Source of the DNA: Octopus vulgaris
Taxonomy: Eukaryota
Direction: 5' to 3'
Assembly: GCA_951406725.2 (NCBI GenBank)
Contig: OX597819.1
Coordinates: 79,360,001 to 79,424,000, forward strand
DNA: 64,000 nt
A program made the position numbers and the translations under genes. Positions within the stretch are counted from its first letter, which is position 1. Each line of letters opens with the position of its first letter. A model generated the notes under the pieces. That model was not told where the DNA came from. It was given only the letters and a program-made list of their open reading frames with translations, and did not search any database. Positions 28,142 to 40,671 of the stretch are shown one piece after another.

Positions 28142-28174
28142 CATACATACATACATACACACATACACACATAC

Positions 28175-28262
<88 letters not shown>

Positions 28263-28942
28263 CCAAACTTTCGGATAGTCCTTCAGTTTAAAATGTTTCA
28301 ATTTGTACGCACAAGTTCGCAGAAATGTGTTTAATATGTGAAATTGCTATATCCAATTGTGTTGCGCCGCTAGTCAAAGTGGGTCTTTAAGTGATGTGTT
28401 TGTGGATAGTTAATGGTTTGAATGTGGTGTTGAAGAAAGGGTGTATATGCATATACACCCATTTTCTATTTTCCTATTTTCGATCGCATTGCTTACAAAA
28501 ACGTATTCGTATACCAAACGTTGTAACTTTCAGTGCTGACTCTAATTTCTGTAGAAAATCTGTAGAGATAACTTTAAAAAGTGATTATATAGCACTGCTA
28601 ACACAGAGAGTACACATTATTGACTTATAATAAAGCATTTAATATACTTGGGAATATATGCTTGCATAACGAAAAAATTTAGGGTCCTACCAGCAATTAA
28701 TATATACTAGATGGATCCGTGAAAAATTCACGGAAAATATAAAAAATGTAAGCATCTGTAAATTGTATGCTGGTGCCATGAGAAATCCCTTAGTGGATGA
28801 CGATATGTGCGTCTCTGATCAGGACCAGACGTGCTGGGGGAGTGTCTTGCCGTGTGTTGAGAGGAATTCTTTGGGGTCTGGATAATTCACCTTTGGAAAC
28901 AAGGGTGTTTTGTCCAACATCCTTAAACAGCCCTTGTTTAAC

Positions 28943-29886
28943 ATGGAAGTTTCCAAAGAGCATTTGTGGCACATAATGCTTTATGAGTACAAAAAAAAAA
29001 AAGAAACCCTGCAGCCGAAGCGACTCGAAACATACAGTCAGTTTATGGCAAAGAATGCTTGAATGAAAGAACTTGAAGAAGATGGTTTGCAAAATTCAGA
29101 AGTGGAGATTCCAGCCTTAAAGATGAAGATCGAACAGGACGTCCAGTTGAGTTTGATGGTAAGCTCCTTGAGGCATTACTTGAGGAAAATCCTGCATTAT
29201 CAGTTGAAGAATTGGCAATAAAGCTTAGTTCAAACCATACAACTGTTCGTCGTTATCTTCAACAACTTGGAAAGCTTCCCAAACTTGGAAAATGGGTACC
29301 TCATGAATTGTCCGAGAGCAACCATAAATCCTGAGTTGACATCTGCTCTTTTCTCCATTCTCGTGAACTCACTTCACCCTTTTTGGACAAACTTGTAACT
29401 GGTGACGAAAAATGGATCTTCTAACGAAATGTTAAACGTCGTAAACTGGTTTGGTAAAAGGGAAGAAGCTCAACCACAACCGCGAAGGGAACTTCATGGG
29501 AAAAAGTTTCTTCTTTCTATCTGGTGGGATTGCAAAGAAGTAATTCACTTTGAATTGTTATCACCTAATGCAACAATCAATGCTCAATTCTACTGTCAGC
29601 AATTAGAACGTTTAAAGGAGCGACCTTACTCCTTCTGACTACCATTTGTCTTGCAGTTTACAGAATCATTTCGGGGACATGAAGCCAGGGAGAGGTCGAT
29701 ACTGACATTTTAGAGTCCTTCGCTTTGAAACCAAAAGAGTTTTACATTGATGGGATTAAAATGCTTATAAATAGAGGGAAGTCATAGATAATCACGATAA
29801 GTACATTGATGGTTAAATTTCAATTAAATATAACATTCGATCACTACTTTATTCAAAATTCGGACAGAACTTATGAGATGACCTTT

Positions 29887-29888
<2 letters not shown>
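28943..29888 (+). mobile_element. Mariner transposase pseudogene with right TIR
   Basis: MEVSKEHLWHIMLYEY...RRWFAKFRSGD..LKDEDRTGRP...KLGKWVPHELS...LVTGDEKW...LLSIWWDCKEVIHFELL; internal deletion, stops; right TIR GGACAGAACTTATGAGATGACCTTTTA ending at a (TAG)n tract. Confidence 0.92.
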
Positions 29889-29924
<36 letters not shown>

Positions 29925-30734
29925 CTAATGATGATGATGATGATGAGGATGATGATGATGATAATGATAATAAAAGAGCACAGTGAAGGGGCGAATGCGT
30001 TTGAGGTTTGTTCGGCCTGGAGTTAGATTGCAGAAACAAAAAGAGCAGGAAAGATGATAAACTTCTCTATGCCTCACGAATATAATCATAAACGAATAAT
30101 TCAAAGGACAAGCATTCGGTGACACGAAAATTGTTAATTATAATTGCTATACACAGAAAACGTGTAACGTGTATTTGATGAGGTCAGGTGAAATACTATC
30201 AAAGCTATCGAAGAAATAACACAATATGAAACCGCTAATACAGTTTTCGCAAGAATTCCTAAAATGGACAGACACGCCAGGTGTTCGATCACGTCACAAT
30301 ATCAAATTTGTAATAACAATATCAACAACAACAACAACAACATCAACAAATAACCGCCCCATCAGCTGTAATATTAAATAAAGACAATTAATGACCATTA
30401 ACTAATATAATTACAGTCTACTTAGATAAATTAAAACATTTACGTAATTATATTAACTAATACGGAGACACGTCTGCGAATATTAAAAATATTTATGAAC
30501 GGTATAAGGGGTATATTGAACTCCAAGACTGCCTTGGGAGAGAAACTGATTCTCGGTGTGACTGCCAAACCCAAAAAGCACCTGCAAGCTACTGCTAATG
30601 TCAAAAGTGCTTCCAGCTGAAATGGTAAATATCTTTAATGATGCTAACTGACCGATGTAGTCAGTCAACATTTACGGTAACATTTGTGGTTTGGATTTCG
30701 GTCAGACATGATCGAATAGGCCTATGGTCAAGGA

Positions 30735-30953
30735 CAGTGGTTTTCAACCAGGGTTCCGCGGAACCTTAGGGTTCCGCCATTACAGTCCGGGGGTTCCGCA
30801 AGAAGTTACAAAAATGCTAAAATCGACAGTAATTTTTAATTCTCCTGTGCAGATATATGTGCATAAGACAATTAAATTATTGCACAGGGGTTCCTCGAGC
30901 CAGTGAAATGTTTTCTTGGGGTTCCGCTCCAGCAAAAAGGTTGAAAAGCACTG
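30735..30953. mobile_element. hAT-type MITE (219 bp)
   Basis: TIRs CAGTGGTTTTCAACC / GGTTGAAAAGCACTG; perfect 8-bp TSD GTCAAGGA (30727-30734, 30954-30961); subterminal GGGTTCC repeats. Confidence 0.92.
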
Positions 30954-31049
30954 GTCAAGGATATTACAACTGTTATCATCCTGTTTTTCTGTCATACATA
31001 GTTTATCTGTCATACATAGTTTAACCAGTGTATCCTTTCATTTCTTTTC

Positions 31050-31430
31050 TAAATTTAAAACGGCAGTATTTGACTTCAGAGATATTTGGCTGCTATTTCT
31101 AACAGGATGAGCGACTGTGTATGTCGAGGCTCCACTATTGTTCCTTAGGATGTATGTAGAATAATTATGCAAGTAAGGCTGTGTATGCTTAAGAAAATTC
31201 TTTCCACCCATGTATTTTCCATCATGCATAGCGTACCTATGACTGTACTTTCGTTTAAAAAAATTTTTAAGCTGCAGTATTTGATTTCAGAGATATTTGG
31301 CTGCTATTTCTAACAGGTGAAGTGACCATGTGTGTCGAGGCCCCACTATTGTTCTTTAGCATGTGTGAAGAATAATTGTGCAAATAAGGCTGTGAGTTTA
31401 AGAAAATTCTTTTGTAACGTATGCATTTTC
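31050..31430. repeat. Diverged tandem duplication, ~211-bp period
   Basis: GCAGTATTTGA.TTCAGAGATATTTGGCTGCTATTTCTAACAGG...TTAAGAAAATTCTTT at 31063 and 31274. Confidence 0.88.
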
Positions 31431-31498
31431 GGGTGACTTACACTTTACTGCACCTTACTAGTATTAAAACACCAAGCTTACCAATGCATTTTGAGTAG

Positions 31499-31655
31499 AT
31501 GTGGCTGTGTGGCAAGAAGCTTTACTTCCTAACTACATGGTTCCGGGTTCAGTCCCACTGCGTGGCATCTTGGGCAAGTGTCTTCTACTATAGCTTCGGA
31601 CCGACTAAAGCCTTGTGAGTGGATATGGTACACGGAAACTGAAAGATGCTCGTCG

Positions 31656-31689
<34 letters not shown>

Positions 31690-31984
31690 CGTGTGCTTGT
31701 GTGTGTGCTTGTGTGTGTGCGTGTGTGTATGTGTGTGTGCTTGTGTGTTTATGTGTGTGGGTGTGCGCATATATTTCTGTGTCTGTGTCCCCTACCACTA
31801 TTGCTTGACAACCGATGTTGGCGTGTTTACGTCCCCGTAACCAAACAGATCGGCAAAAGAAACCGATAGGATCAGTACTAGGCTTAGAAAAATAAGTTCT
31901 GAGGTCGATTTCTTCGACTAAAAAAGCCTTTAACGAGGTGCTCCAGCATGGCCGCAGTCAAATGACTTAAATGAGCAAAAGAAT
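31499..31984 (+). mobile_element. SINE family A, full length
   Basis: Head GTGGCTGTGTGG...GGTTCCGGGTTCAGTCCCACTGCG, internal (TG)n, tail CTCCAGCATGGCCGCAGTCAAATGAC. Confidence 0.9.
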
Positions 31985-32286
31985 AGCAGAATGGTAGATG
32001 GGAATTGCGCGGAAGCTCGATGTATATGAGTGCGTATGTGTCTTTGAGCATATGTTTGTCTCTTACCACTTGACAACCGGTGTTGGTTAGGTTATGTCGC
32101 AGTAACTTAGGACATAACCTAAAATGTTGGTATGTCTCAGTAACTTGGGACATACCAAAATACCAAAATATAACAAAACCAAAATAAATGAAGATGGTGG
32201 ATGGTAGAGACACACATAACATGTAACAACATACGGGTACTAATTTTAGCGTTGTTCACTTGCAACAAGAATTGTAATAACAATAG

Positions 32287-32377
<91 letters not shown>

Positions 32378-32439
32378 ACTTTAATGCTAGTAGCGAAGAC
32401 TAATGACTTAAGGAGAAGAATACCAAATAAATAAATAGA

Positions 32440-32499
<60 letters not shown>

Positions 32500-33386
32500 T
32501 ATTTCTGACTCTGTTTCTGATGAAGATCTCAGAAGACTACAAACTCGCTATGTCCATCCTACGTTTTATGGCCGGGAAGATATATAAACATCTGATATAA
32601 CTACTTTGTACATGTATCACAACAAAAGTACATGGTTGTTAAAACTGATGTATATCAAATATCTAATTATCTCCAGTAGCTCTATTGTGCATTAATTATT
32701 AATTAATCCATGTTGTCAGTGCTAAGCATTACTAAGCAAATTAGGTAGACGAATTCAGTGCAAGCTACGAAACTCTGTGGATTGTAGCCACGCATACCTT
32801 CCTGATAAAGGTTTTAGAAAAGATGTTAAGGTCATCTTCTATAAAGATGAACTTAACACATGATTTAAGTGCACTGCTAACACAGTAGTACACGGTATTG
32901 ACTTATAAAACGTTTAATATACATTATGGCTGCATAACGAAATGCCATAGGCCTACAAGTCAGGTTTACAAGTAAGGTTTAAGAAAACTAAATTTTGTCA
33001 GATAGATCCAAATTGTTGTGCGATACGGAGAAAAAACTTGTTTTATACGGAGTTTTTTTACTACTCACAGCGTGGCCGACATTGTATTGTCAGAATTCCG
33101 AATATTGCGTTAATAACCTCGAATGGTCTTCTCATATAGGCACATGGGGTATAAAAACACATACATAAAGCGTAGTAGATGGTGCTCCCATAATAGATTG
33201 TTTTCGTTTGCTACGATTTATGTAAGTGCTTTTATGCACCCTGCGCATATATAAAAAAGATTTCTCAAGGCTAATAACGCAGTATTCAGCGTCGTAACAA
33301 GATATCCACATTAAGGTGGATATAAAGATTACCTTTTATTACTAAGACAGCTTCCGTCAAGAATATATATATTATATCTATATATC

Positions 33387-33441
<55 letters not shown>

Positions 33442-34231
33442 TGATAAATAAAAATATATGCATACATACAAACATATATGTACGTACCTACATCTACATG
33501 TATATATACATGCATATCACCTTATTGTCTGACAGCGCCCCGCATCATGTTCGTTCCGATTCGTCGTTTCGGTCCACTTCTTGGTTCCTTTTTTTATATT
33601 ATATATATATATATATATATATGGGGGGGGGGTATGCAAATACGCACACACACACACAATAATAATTATGTATATATATATAGACACAAGATACATCTTC
33701 ATAGCCGTTCATGTAGAATTTCCGGTGTATGAGCACGTATATTTGTACGCACGCACGTATGTATGTATGTATGTATGTATGTATGTATGTATGTATGTAT
33801 GTATGTATGTATGTATGTATGTGAATGTATGTATGTATGTGTGTGTGTGTGTGTGTGTGTATGTGTTTGTGTGCAAGAAAGTCGTTCTTATTAATTTCGT
33901 TGCTAATTACATCCTTCTTTTGTTTCCATTTTGTTTTTCTCTCTTCGTAAACTGCTGATGTCGAAATTAATGTCTAATCTTGAAGTTTGAGACAATATTA
34001 CAAGAAATTTTAATAAACAGAAGATCGCAAGCCAATAGGCAATATCACCGCTGCCATCGCCACCACCGCCACCACCACCATTTTGCCCCTTACTACTAAT
34101 TACCAAAATATAACAAAACCATAATATATGAAGGTGGTAGATGGTAGAGACACACGTAACACGTTACAACATACGGGTACTAATTTTAGCGTTGTTCACG
34201 TGCAACAAGAATTTTAATAACAACAGCTGTC

Positions 34232-34264
<33 letters not shown>

Positions 34265-34466
34265 ACTACTAGTGCTAGTACTACTACTACTACTACTACT
34301 ACTACTACAGCCACCACAACCCCACCACCATATCCACGACCACGACGACGGCCACCACTACGACCACCGCCACAGCTACTGCTACTACTACAACCACATC
34401 CACCCCACTAGTACCTACTACTACTACTACCACCACTACTACCATATCAATGCATGTATGTATGAA

Positions 34467-34851
34467 TGTGGCTGTGTGGTAAGAACCTTGCTTTCCAACC
34501 ACATGGTTCCAGGTTCGGTCCCACTGTGTGGCCCCTTGGGCGAGTGTCTTCTACTATAACGCCGAGTCGACTAAATTCTTGTGAATGGATTTGATAGGCG
34601 GAAACTGAAAGAAGCTCATCGCATATTTGTATATCTGTGTGTATATGTTTGTGTGTCTGTTTGTCTTCCTACCATCGCTTGACAACCGATGTTGGTGTAT
34701 TTACATCTTAGCGGTTCGTCAAAATAGACCCGATGGCATAAGTACTAGGCTTACAAAAATAAGTCCTGGAGTCGATTATCTCGACTAAAGGCAGTGCTCT
34801 AGCATGGTCACAGTCAAATGACTAGGACAAAAGAATAAAACGATAAAAGAA
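34467..34851 (+). mobile_element. SINE family A, full length
   Basis: Same head, body and tail as 48958-49374. Confidence 0.88.
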
Positions 34852-35066
34852 TATACATACATGCGTATATATGTAATCCTCAGATGAGATCATCCGTATA
34901 GGCGACACACTAGTGCTCGAAAGATTCAAACATAGACTTCGATTTCTTTACAGAGGATCGATTCCACAAGGTAAAGAAAGGCTTTAAAAGGCATCCATTT
35001 GACCGGGTATGGAGGCAGTTATGCAGATAAACAAATTTGATACGTCAAATATTAAATATATCAAGT

Positions 35067-35443
35067 GGAGGCGCAATGGCCCAGTGGTTAGGGCAGCGGA
35101 CTCGGGGTCGTAGGATCGCGGTTTCGATTCCCAGACCGAGCGTTGTGAGTGTTTATTGAGCGAAAACACCTAAAAAAAGCTCCACGAGGCTCCGGCAGGG
35201 GGTGGTGGTGATCCCTGCTGTACTTTTTCACCACAACTTTCTCTCACTCTTTCTTCCTGTTTCTGTTGTACCTGTATTTCAAAGGGCCACTCTCTGTGTC
35301 ACGCTGAATATCCCCGAGAACTACGTTAAGGGTACACGTGTCTGTGGAGTGCTCAGCCACTTACACGTTAATTTCACGACCAGGCTGTTCCGTTGATCGG
35401 ATCAACCGGAACCCTCGTCGTCGGAACCGACGGAGTGCTTCCA
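35067..35443 (+). mobile_element. tRNA-derived SINE family C (tail type 2), full length
   Basis: A box TGGCCCAGTGG, B box GGTTTCGATTCCC; flanked by AAATATATCAA on both sides (probable TSD). Confidence 0.9.
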
Positions 35444-35570
35444 AATATATCAAACATATTAAATATATTATTTTTGGTACGTAATACAAAATATGTATAC
35501 ATATATACATGCAAAACGGGAGAAAGCGAAGGTGGAGACATTCAAATGAATTTTAAAGTATAAATATATA

Positions 35571-36451
35571 CAGGGTGGGTGAAAAGTAAATAGGCATTAA
35601 AAATTTGTAATAAAATCCATATTCTTTTTACAAATTTATTGAAACAGATTATACACGTTCTTTATTTCATGAGGAAATGAAAGTAAATATTCATACTTCA
35701 ACGTAAGCACCGGTGGCGGTAACCAGTTTCCTCAAATGGCCAGGGATGGAGTGAACAACTTTCTGAAAGTCGTTGTCTAGGATATCATTGAGAACCTCCT
35801 GAATCCGTGTCTCCAAGTCCTCTAGTGTGCGAGGTTTTGTCTTGTAGACCCCCTCTTTTGTGTAATCCCGCAGGTAAAAGTCATATGGAATGAGAACTGG
35901 ACTTCTTGGGGTTCTGGACTTCTGCCGTCACAGTCTTCAGGTTTTAGTTCCTGCACGTTATGTGGTTCCCACGGACGAAAATTCAGTTCTTTAGGCAACA
36001 CCATACATATTGTGTGTCTTGTTAGTTCACTTTCACAAGCTGCTTGGCGTGTTGATTTTTGCGGATTGCGATTAAACATTTCCTGCACTGTTGCCACGTT
36101 CTCCGCTGATCGGGATGTGGTTGGACGGCCACTTCTTGCATCGTTCACAGAGCCCGTGATCATCAGCCTTGCATGACAACTTTTTATTGTCTCCGGACGT
36201 AGTGTTGCATGCTTACCTTTCCATGCACGCTATCATCTCTGGACCAAAACAATGGAATTCCACACTTCACATAGCGTGCTGCTATCTTAACGCGACCCTG
36301 AACGGCCACCTGGAAAATAAGAAATAAGAAATAAAGAAAATAGAAAATTCTATTAGTATTGTCTGTTTAAAAAGTGTTTTCGTCGTGACTTCAGTGATAC
36401 TAAAAATTCTATGGGCAATTTGTAATACCTGAATACTTTCCACCCACCCTG
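35571..36451 (-). mobile_element. Internally deleted Tc1/mariner-superfamily element with both TIRs
   Basis: TA-CAGGGTGGGTGAAAAGTA ... TACTTTCCACCCACCCTG-TA; ORF 36163-35822 TGSVNDARSGRPTTSRS...QKSTRQAA...VQELKPED joined by deletion to the C-terminal region. Confidence 0.9.
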
Positions 36452-36582
36452 TAGATATTTATATTAATAGGTCCAACTTACACAGAGTAAAAAACAATAG
36501 AGAAAGATAGTAGCGAGCTCTCCACCGCATTCGGGTAATAAACTCATTTGTTTTCTGTAGTAAGAGTTCTATTTTTCCAGAT

Positions 36583-36683
36583 TCTTCTTCTTCTTCTTCT
36601 TCTTCTTCTTCTTCTTCTTCTTCTTCTTCTTCTTCTTCTTCTTCTTCTTCTTCTTCTTCTTCTTCTTCTTCTTCTTCTTCTTC

Positions 36684-36723
<40 letters not shown>

Positions 36724-36798
36724 CCATCATCACCACCACCACCACCTTCTTCTTCTTCTTCTTCTTCTTCTTCTTCTTCTTCTTCTTCTTCTTCTTCT
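36583..36798. repeat. (CTT)n-(CAT)n-(CAC)n-(CTT)n compound microsatellite
   Basis: Direct reading of the sequence. Confidence 0.95.
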
Positions 36799-37282
36799 CA
36801 GTACGAACTTTCATTCAAAGGTCAAGGTATGTTATACAGTGTCGTGCTGCAGAATTCGACCTCAGAATCACATTAAGTATACGCGAACCTGTCATACACC
36901 GCAATAATAACAATGAGAATCACAACAATGATAACCACAACAACAACAATATTAATGACAAGAGTAACAACAACAAAAAGAAAAAAATTGCAGCATCCAT
37001 AGTAATCACAGTAACTACTGTATCAAAACCATCACCACCACTACTACTAACAAGAACAATATCACCATAATCCACCACCACCGCCACCACCTCTACCACC
37101 ACCATCAACAGCAACACCACCGATAGCAACACAAAGATCACTAAGAGCACTACAATAACTAATATCACAACCGATACCGCCACCAACACTACCACCAACG
37201 CCACCTCCAACAACAATACCGCAAACCACATCACTACCCCACCACTACCACCACCATCACCACCACTAAAACCGTCATTAAC

Positions 37283-37728
37283 ACGAGGTTCCGGCGTGGG
37301 GGAGTGTTGAACCCCGCTGTACTCTTTCACCACAACTTTCGCTCACTCTTTCTTCCTACTTCTGCTGCAAAGCAGAGGAACCATGGTGTAACCCACTATG
37401 GTGTGGTAAACTTTCAGACCCTAGACTAGATTGCGAATCCTCTGTACCCCAGGATGCTTCAGCTCTCCACCCGTTAAAAAAGCCACCGTTTACGGAATGA
37501 GGACAACAACGTAACTTTCGCACCAGTGCAACCGCCAGTCTATCGCGTGTGGTGGGTGGATCTTCAAGTTGCCACACGCATTCTTAGTAGCTTAGGGTAG
37601 GCTCGAATTAGAGATTATTCTTTGTGGCTGATGGCGTGAGTCCTGATTGGAAGAAGAAGAAGAAGAAGAAGAAGAAAAAGAAGAAAAAGAAGAAGAAGAA
37701 GAAGAAGAAAAAGAAGAAGAAGAAGAAG
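37283..37728 (+). mobile_element. 5'-truncated SINE sharing the family C core, with (GAA)n tail
   Basis: Close match to 17420-17795; ends GATTGG(AAG)n. Confidence 0.82.
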
Positions 37729-38309
37729 ACAACTACATGAGGGTCTATAAGAGCACAGGAATATCAACAATAGCAATAGCTTCAAGGAAACATTAATAAG
37801 ATCAACATTAAGACGAGCATATTCATTATGAAAACGAGCAACAAGAACAATAAGTAGACAACCATCACCACACCACCACCACACCACCACCACACCACCA
37901 CCCCAACAACAGCAACAACAAAAACAACGACGACGACGACAACCATGGCAACGACGGCGACAACAAAAAGTGCAAGTTTCAGAGCAATGGAGGCAAGGCT
38001 AACAGACGATTGTTTAAGAAAACAACAACAACAACGACAACAACAACATCAACAGTAACAATTGCCGTAGCAATAGCAGTAACTACAACAACAATGGCAA
38101 ATAAGGAAACGGAAACAACCACTACAACTACAACAAAAATTACGACAGCAATGGCGGCTATATCAGTCGCAATTCTAAGAATATTTATAGAATTTGAATT
38201 TCATAATATAGAAAGCAATTACTGTAATATAGAACTAATGAAAACGACGAGCGTGCTGATGTGATATGGAATATATTATCTCTGTCTGTCTGTATGTGTG
38301 TGTGTGTGC

Positions 38310-38435
<126 letters not shown>

Positions 38436-38689
38436 GTAAATGGAGTATATGTATATATAATTAAATTTATTAAACTGATATTTGGGTATGTTGAGGTTTA
38501 TACCTATAATTAAATGTGTCTCTTCTCCATGCACACGCCCACACACCTACGGATACACGTATATATATTCGCTTATATGCATTCATAAATACATATACAT
38601 ACATGCATATATATATATGTGTGCGTGTGTGCGTGTGCGTGTGAGTGTATGTGTGTGTGTGAGTGTATGTGTGTGTTTGTGCCTGCGTG

Positions 38690-38880
38690 TGTGTGTCTTT
38701 GTGCCTGTGCTTAGTCCCCCATCACCGCCTGGCAACCATCAAGAGTGTCCAACAGAATAAGTACTAGGCTTTACAAAATTGATTTCTAGGGTCGATTTGT
38801 TCGACTAAAACCCTTCAAAGCGGTGCTCCAGCATAACGGTAGTCAAAAGATTGAAACGAGTATAAGAAAAGTAAAAGAAT
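38690..38880 (+). mobile_element. SINE family A, 3' half, degenerate
   Basis: GAATAAGTACTAGGCTTTAC...GGGTCGATTTGTTCGACTAAAA...GGTGCTCCAGCAT. Confidence 0.75.
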
Positions 38881-38933
38881 ATAACTATACATATACTATA
38901 TATAGTAGTAGTTCTAAATACGTTTATAGCTAT

Positions 38934-38973
<40 letters not shown>

Positions 38974-39003
38974 GCACACACACTTATATGTGCACATATG
39001 CAT

Positions 39004-39036
<33 letters not shown>

Positions 39037-39043
39037 AATTAAA

Positions 39044-39290
39044 AAAACATAACAAGAACGTAACGGACGACAATGAGAACATATGGACAGATTAACGATA
39101 CATAGACGGTCAGGAGAACCAGGACGGAACATTCGTGGCTTTCTATTCATCAGTCAAGCTTCCAATTATCACTATAGTTTTGGAAGCTTAACTGATGAAT
39201 AGAAAGACACGAATTTTTCGTCCTGGTTTTTCTTCGTATCGTCCACCTGTCAGTATATTTTCATTGTCGTCCGTTACGTTCTTATGTTTT
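39044..39290. repeat. Imperfect ~115-bp-arm inverted repeat carrying divergent hammerhead-like motifs
   Basis: Arms 39044-39165 and 39180-39290 are reverse complements (AAGAACGTAACGGACGACAATGA / TCATTGTCGTCCGTTACGTTCTT; CTTTCTATTCATCAGT / ACTGATGAATAGAAAG). Confidence 0.88.
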
Positions 39291-39348
39291 GGAGATTTAT
39301 ATATACTTATAGCGGCGTACGTACACATTTTGCTCAGCTTGTTATTAA

Positions 39349-39390
<42 letters not shown>

Positions 39391-39403
39391 GTACATATAT
39401 ATA

Positions 39404-40062
39404 CAGGGGTGGGACAAAATAATGGAAACACCTAGTCTCATACCATATCTATGAAACCGTCAAAAACTTGTTTATTGTTATGATTTTTGATTTATTATTA
39501 GTGTTGCTTAATATGTTTTGCTAAAATTGCTGTTTCTTTTTAGTTATAATCGGAAAAAGGCAATTAAAATTCATTAAATGAGAGATCTATCAGACTTTCA
39601 AAGAGGTAAATTGTTGGTACCCGTATAGAAGGCGTTAGCGTAATGAAAACAGCCGAAATGTTTGGTGTATCAAGAAGTACTGTCTCAAAAGTAATGACAG
39701 CCTTTGAGAAAGAGGAGAAAACCTCCTCGTCGAAACAAAACTCTGGAAGAAAACCAAAACTTTCAGATAGGGGCCGACGGACTCTTACGTGAATTGTTAG
39801 AAAGAATCACAAAAGTACAGCTCCAAAAATTACTGCAGAGCTTAATGACCACCTCGAGAACTCAGTTTCCACAAAAACTGTTCGCCGGGAGCTGCACAAA
39901 GCCAGATTTCATGGAAGGGCTGCGATCAGAAAACCACTACTTCCCAAAACAAACGTTGCAAAGTATTTAGAGTGGAGGAAAAAACCTACAGAATTGGTCC
40001 CTAGAGCAGTGGAAGAATGTTATTTTCTCGGACGAGTCATCCATTACTTTATTTCCGACCTG
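39404..40062 (+). mobile_element. Tc1-like transposon, 5' part
   Basis: TA-CAGGGGTGGGACAAAATAATGGAAACACC terminus; from 39578 MRDLSDFQRG...AEMFGVSRSTVSKVM...NSGRKPKLSDR...WKNVIFSDES; ends at a SINE. Confidence 0.9.
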
Positions 40063-40075
40063 AATATTATTGAAG

Positions 40076-40202
40076 AACCACATGGTTCCACGTTCAGTCC
40101 TACTGCATGGCATCTTGAGAAAGTGTCTTCTACTATAGCCTTGGGCCAACCAAAGCCTTGTGAGTGGATTTGGTAGACGGAAACTGAATGAATCCCGTCG
40201 TG

Positions 40203-40235
<33 letters not shown>

Positions 40236-40430
40236 TTGTCTCCCTAGCATTGTTTGACAACCAATGCCGGTGTGTGCAGGCTCCGTCACTTAGCGGTTCG
40301 GCAAAAGAGACCGATGGAATGAGTACTGGGCTTACAAAGAATAAGTCCCGGGGTCGATTTGCTCGACGAAAGGCAGTGCTCCAGCATGACTGCAGTCAAA
40401 TGACTGAAACAAGTGAAGGAGTAAAAGAGT
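40076..40430 (+). mobile_element. SINE family A
   Basis: AACCACATGGTTCC...GGCAAAAGAGACCGAT...GACTGAAACAAGT. Confidence 0.88.
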
Positions 40431-40613
40431 AATTTATGGTGCATTTTAGAAAAAACAAGTAAGGAGTCGATATCCGCCACCATCATGCCCGGGTGCATAT
40501 GTGCAAACATATGTTTCTATACGTGCGTATATGCAAATATTTTTATGTTATATATATATATATATTTATTTATTTACACATATATATTTGTATTTATGTA
40601 CTATTTTGTGTGT

Positions 40614-40671
40614 ATTCCACTGATGAGGCAAAGCATTTCTTATGCAAAGTCAGAAATCCGGGATCTGGAAT
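40614..40671 (+). ncRNA. Type I hammerhead ribozyme candidate
   Basis: Stem I ATTCCA/TGGAAT (6 bp), core CTGATGA, stem II GGC..GTC with inner GCAT/ATGC hairpin, one extra A, GAAA, stem III ATCC-G-GGAT, AUC cleavage triplet (after 40665). Confidence 0.75.

Noticed and set aside
35067-35140. tRNA gene candidates at SINE heads (also 11390-11462, 59375-59445)
   Set aside because: A/B boxes are present but run into multi-copy SINE bodies with no acceptor stem or terminator.
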